From the human T2T-CHM13v2.0 reference genome, Homo sapiens: a stretch of DNA of 64,000 nucleotides. The stretch lies in the NCBI RefSeq assembly GCF_009914755.1, contig NC_060926.1, one strand, 5' to 3'. Numbering within the stretch: position 1 is the first letter of the stretch; each line of letters begins with the position of its first letter. Position numbers and translations under genes: made by a program. Below the pieces are notes generated by a model. It did not search any database, was not told the DNA's origin, and saw nothing but the letters and a program-made list of their open reading frames with translations. Shown in pieces: positions 60,197 through 64,000 of this stretch.

Positions 60197-60700
60197 ATGG
60201 ACGTGGGGACCCAGCTTTGCTCCTATTCCTCCTGCTGTTCTGACTCTCTCTTGAGGAAGAAGGGAGGGTTCAGGCTTCATCTTCAGTTTGTTTGCAATAA
60301 ACAGGAATGTTTCCTTGACAATCAGTTAATTAGCCTGTTTTATTTTCTGAATAGAATTTAACCAAACTGAACAAACTACATGCTTGGTATTAATATTTGG
60401 GGTGTTCATGTTTATTCCACATTTAGATGGACAGTCTCTAGCCCCTCTTCATGTGTACTAGTAGAGAGGGTCACTGTCACCTGCAGGGCCAGCCATAGTC
60501 TCAACAATGTTCTAGCCTGGCACCAGCAGAAGCCACAGCTGGCTCTGAGCTTCTGCTGGCTCCTGCTGCCTACTCTACACAATGCCTGTTGGGTCAGGGG
60601 TGATGGGCTTGGACAGAGTTCACTCGGGCCATCAGCAGCTGAGCTGCCTTCATGGCATCTCGTTTTGTGAAGAGGATGTCAGCAGCCACATGAGCCATGA
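60197..60700 (+). pseudogene. V-kappa relic, copy 3
   Basis: Leader ATGGACGTGGGG...CTGCTGTTCTGACTCTC; ORF 60380 reads ERVTVTCRASHSLNNVLAWHQQKP; FR3 remnant GGACAGAGTTCACTCGGGCCATCAGCAGC; no RSS. Confidence 0.78.
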
Positions 60701-62498
60701 TAGCTGGGCAGAGAGATCCCACATCACTCTAGTCAGAGGAGAAGCTGCCAATTGCCAAGTGGAAGGGTTTTGTCCTGTGACCCTGTGACTACACAGCCAC
60801 TGAGTCACATGTGCTGCTGTGTCTGAGAAGAGCCCCCAGGGGAGGAACTGTCTACTCGGAGATCTGGGAACAAAACTTCTCTCCAATCAGGGCCCAGACC
60901 CACTGCCCATCTCCCAGCCACCTGCTGATTGTGTTCCCCACACCCCCCTTGGGTCTTGGGGGCTCTCTGTCCTGCTCAACAGGGACATGGGGAAGGGTCC
61001 TGAGCTTCCTGACCTTCAGGAAGTCAGGAAGGATCATGTTTATGGTGTGCTATTGCTGGTTTTAAATGTTCATGCTCAATTTATCAAATTTGAAATCATA
61101 CCTTATACCAACAGTTATATCTATTTCTATATAAATATACATATTATGTAGATGTATAATATAGATACATATTATATACAGATACATCAATAATTTATAT
61201 CCATAATATTATATCTATTTAATTTAAAAGTTTACATAGTATGTCCATATATTCATTATTTTTGTAGCATGTGTTCCTTTTATTTCTAAGCAGAACAGAG
61301 GCTCGCTGAGTAAAGTCTGTGGACATTTGCTGACTCTCCCTCTTTGGCTCCAACAGGGTCCTGGTGTCTCAGGACCAGTGAGGACAGAGCTGAGGACAGC
61401 CAGCCCCAGGAGCCCAGGCCCAGCCCTAAGGCTCTGGTCTCAGAGACTTTCATCCTCACCTCGGGCTCTGGGCTTGGTGTGGCACCCGTGGGTGTGTGAG
61501 CAGTTTCCTTCTCTGAAGCCCCATTCCATGCAGCCCCGTGGATAGGGCCTGTGGTTCCCCCCAGGTCCTCAGCCCCATGGTTCAGGAGAGAAGCTGCTAC
61601 TGCCACAGACCAGGGCCAGTGACCGGCAGCTTGGGTAATGCAAACATTAGTCCTGGACTGAGGACCCTATGCCAAATAACTCCCCCATTTATTCCAGTAC
61701 CTGAAAGTCTGTCCTGGTCTTAATTGCACAGGCCACATTTCCTTAACTAGTGAAGCCAGCATTGGCAACTGAAAAACTAGAAATTTGACTTCATTGTCAT
61801 CCTCAGGGTCTGGCCCACTCCAATCCCACCACATAAAGAGGCCCTTGAACTTTCTCTTTCCCATGCAACTTAACTTAGACACATAGTGAAATACAACATT
61901 GCAAAACTCTTGGCACCTACACAGCAGCCATCCCCTCTCCTTGGGCGTATAAGGGAGCAGCTTCGCCCTGCTGCACATGGCAAGGACAATGAAGAGGAGC
62001 AGGGAGTGGGGCACATGAGCTCCACAATGAGATGTCAGAGGTGAGCAGCACTTCAGGGAAGGACTTTGATCCCTCATAAAGGCATAGAAGGTGAAGAGCT
62101 TTGTCCTGCATTTTTTTTCCTGAAACAGGTATGCGTGCACATTGATACTTGGAGGCACTGCAGCCCTCCTAAGATCATGAGGCTTTGAACCCAAGACTGA
62201 AAAACTGAAGTGCAAAGAAGAAATGTAGCAAAAACCTGGGTCCTTTTGCTGTCACCAAGTTGCTGCACCAACCTCAAATGTTCCAAACTTCAGAATTCTT
62301 ATCTCTGCTTCAGCTATTGCTATCATTTCTTGCAATTGCTTCTAAAATTATTTTAACTTATCCAGAAAAAATATTCAAGGGAAAGAGACTGACTGGGTTC
62401 TTATTTGTGTTTATGGGAGTCTAAGACACAAAAAAACAGGAAATCAGAAAAAGTGATGTCTTCTCCTAACATCTTTGTCATTCTATGCCCATGGTTAG

Positions 62499-63054
<556 letters not shown>

Positions 63055-63229
63055 TCAGTTGTTTTTGCTGAAGATGCCGACTGTTCCAGCCAGATTCCTG
63101 TCAGAGGTTGTGTTTGGAGGGTTTAAAAGAAAAGCTTCCAGGGGCTTAGGGCTGAATTCCAAAAAGGATAGCCGGAGAGTGGCTCTGGATTCCCAGCAAG
63201 GAGAATGCCAGATTGAGTCTTGGGAAAGA

Positions 63230-64000
63230 CTATGGACATACTGGATCCCAGGCAGAGACTTGTAGCAGGGAGAAAGCCTCCACAGAAAATCCCTGCTAGG
63301 GCAATATCTAGTAGAGCCATGAAAGTGAGGCAGCCTGGGAGACCACAGAATTGTAGGGCCAGCAGCATGCAACTCCAGCCTGGGAAAGATGCAGGCACAA
63401 GACTCCAACCCATGAAGGCTTCTGGGTGAAGTGAGCCCAGTAAAACCATAGAGGTGGGGCTGCCTGAGGCATTGGTAAACCAACTCCCACCCCAGATTGC
63501 CCCAGATATGAGATTTGAAGTCAAAGATTATTCTCCACCTTTAAGACTTAATGTTTTTCCTGTTGGGTTTTGGGCTTACTTGGGACCAGTTAAACCTTTC
63601 TTTTTACCTATCTCTCTTTTTTGGAATGAGAATGTTTATCTTATGCCTGCCCCACCATTGTACAGTTGTCCCTCAGTTTCCATGGAGAATTGGTTCCAGG
63701 GTCCTCCACAAATACCATAATTTGTGGACATTCAAGTCCTGCAGTCAGCTCTGAAGAACCTGCAAATATGAAAAGTATACCCTCTGCATCTGTGGATTCT
63801 GCATCTGCTGAATACTCTATTTTCAATCCATGGTTGTTGAATCTGTGGATGTAAAACCCATGGGTAGGGAGGGCTAATTGTATTTTGGAAGCATGTAACT
63901 TGATAATTCACAGGCTTATAGCTGGAATTAATTTGCCTGGGATAAATAGTGCCTCGAATCTCACCCATATGTGATTCAGATGAGGCTCTGGACTTTGGAC
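63230..64000. mobile_element. MaLR internal/LTR-like sequence interrupted by a MER8-type (Tigger) MITE at 63663-63880
   Basis: TA-CAGTTGTCCCTC...GAGGGCTAATTG-TA termini; flanks resemble MLT/THE1 internal sequence. Confidence 0.65.

Overview
This is eukaryotic (human) DNA from the immunoglobulin kappa V-gene locus, specifically the distal (D) copy on chr2p11.2. Diagnostic residues are KVSNWDS in the IGKV2-30-type gene and an intact EVSNRFS...[12 protein letters not shown]2-29-type gene. On the + strand the order is IGKV3D-34 (pseudo), IGKV1D-33, IGKV1D-32 (pseudo), IGKV3D-31 (pseudo), IGKV2D-30, IGKV2D-29 and IGKV2D-28. The four intact genes each have an octamer promoter, leader exon, intron, V exon and 12-spacer RSS. 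The rest is L1, Alu, MaLR/ERV LTRs, Tigger-type DNA transposons and AT-rich tandem repeats; almost all other ORFs in the track are spurious. I see no new protein-coding system. The most notable unexplained structure is: (i) several heavily decayed V-kappa relics between the named genes, one still carrying a near-perfect 12-RSS (51571-51598); (ii) a three-copy cassette of CTCF-like motif + MaLR LTR + V relic, plus a consensus CTCF site at ~36483; (iii) a PATRR-like AT-rich palindrome (15314-15879) nested between inverted L1s; (iv) an Alu/V3-promoter fusion that looks like a deletion junction. Gene and repeat names come from recognition, not database search; repeat boundaries are approximate.
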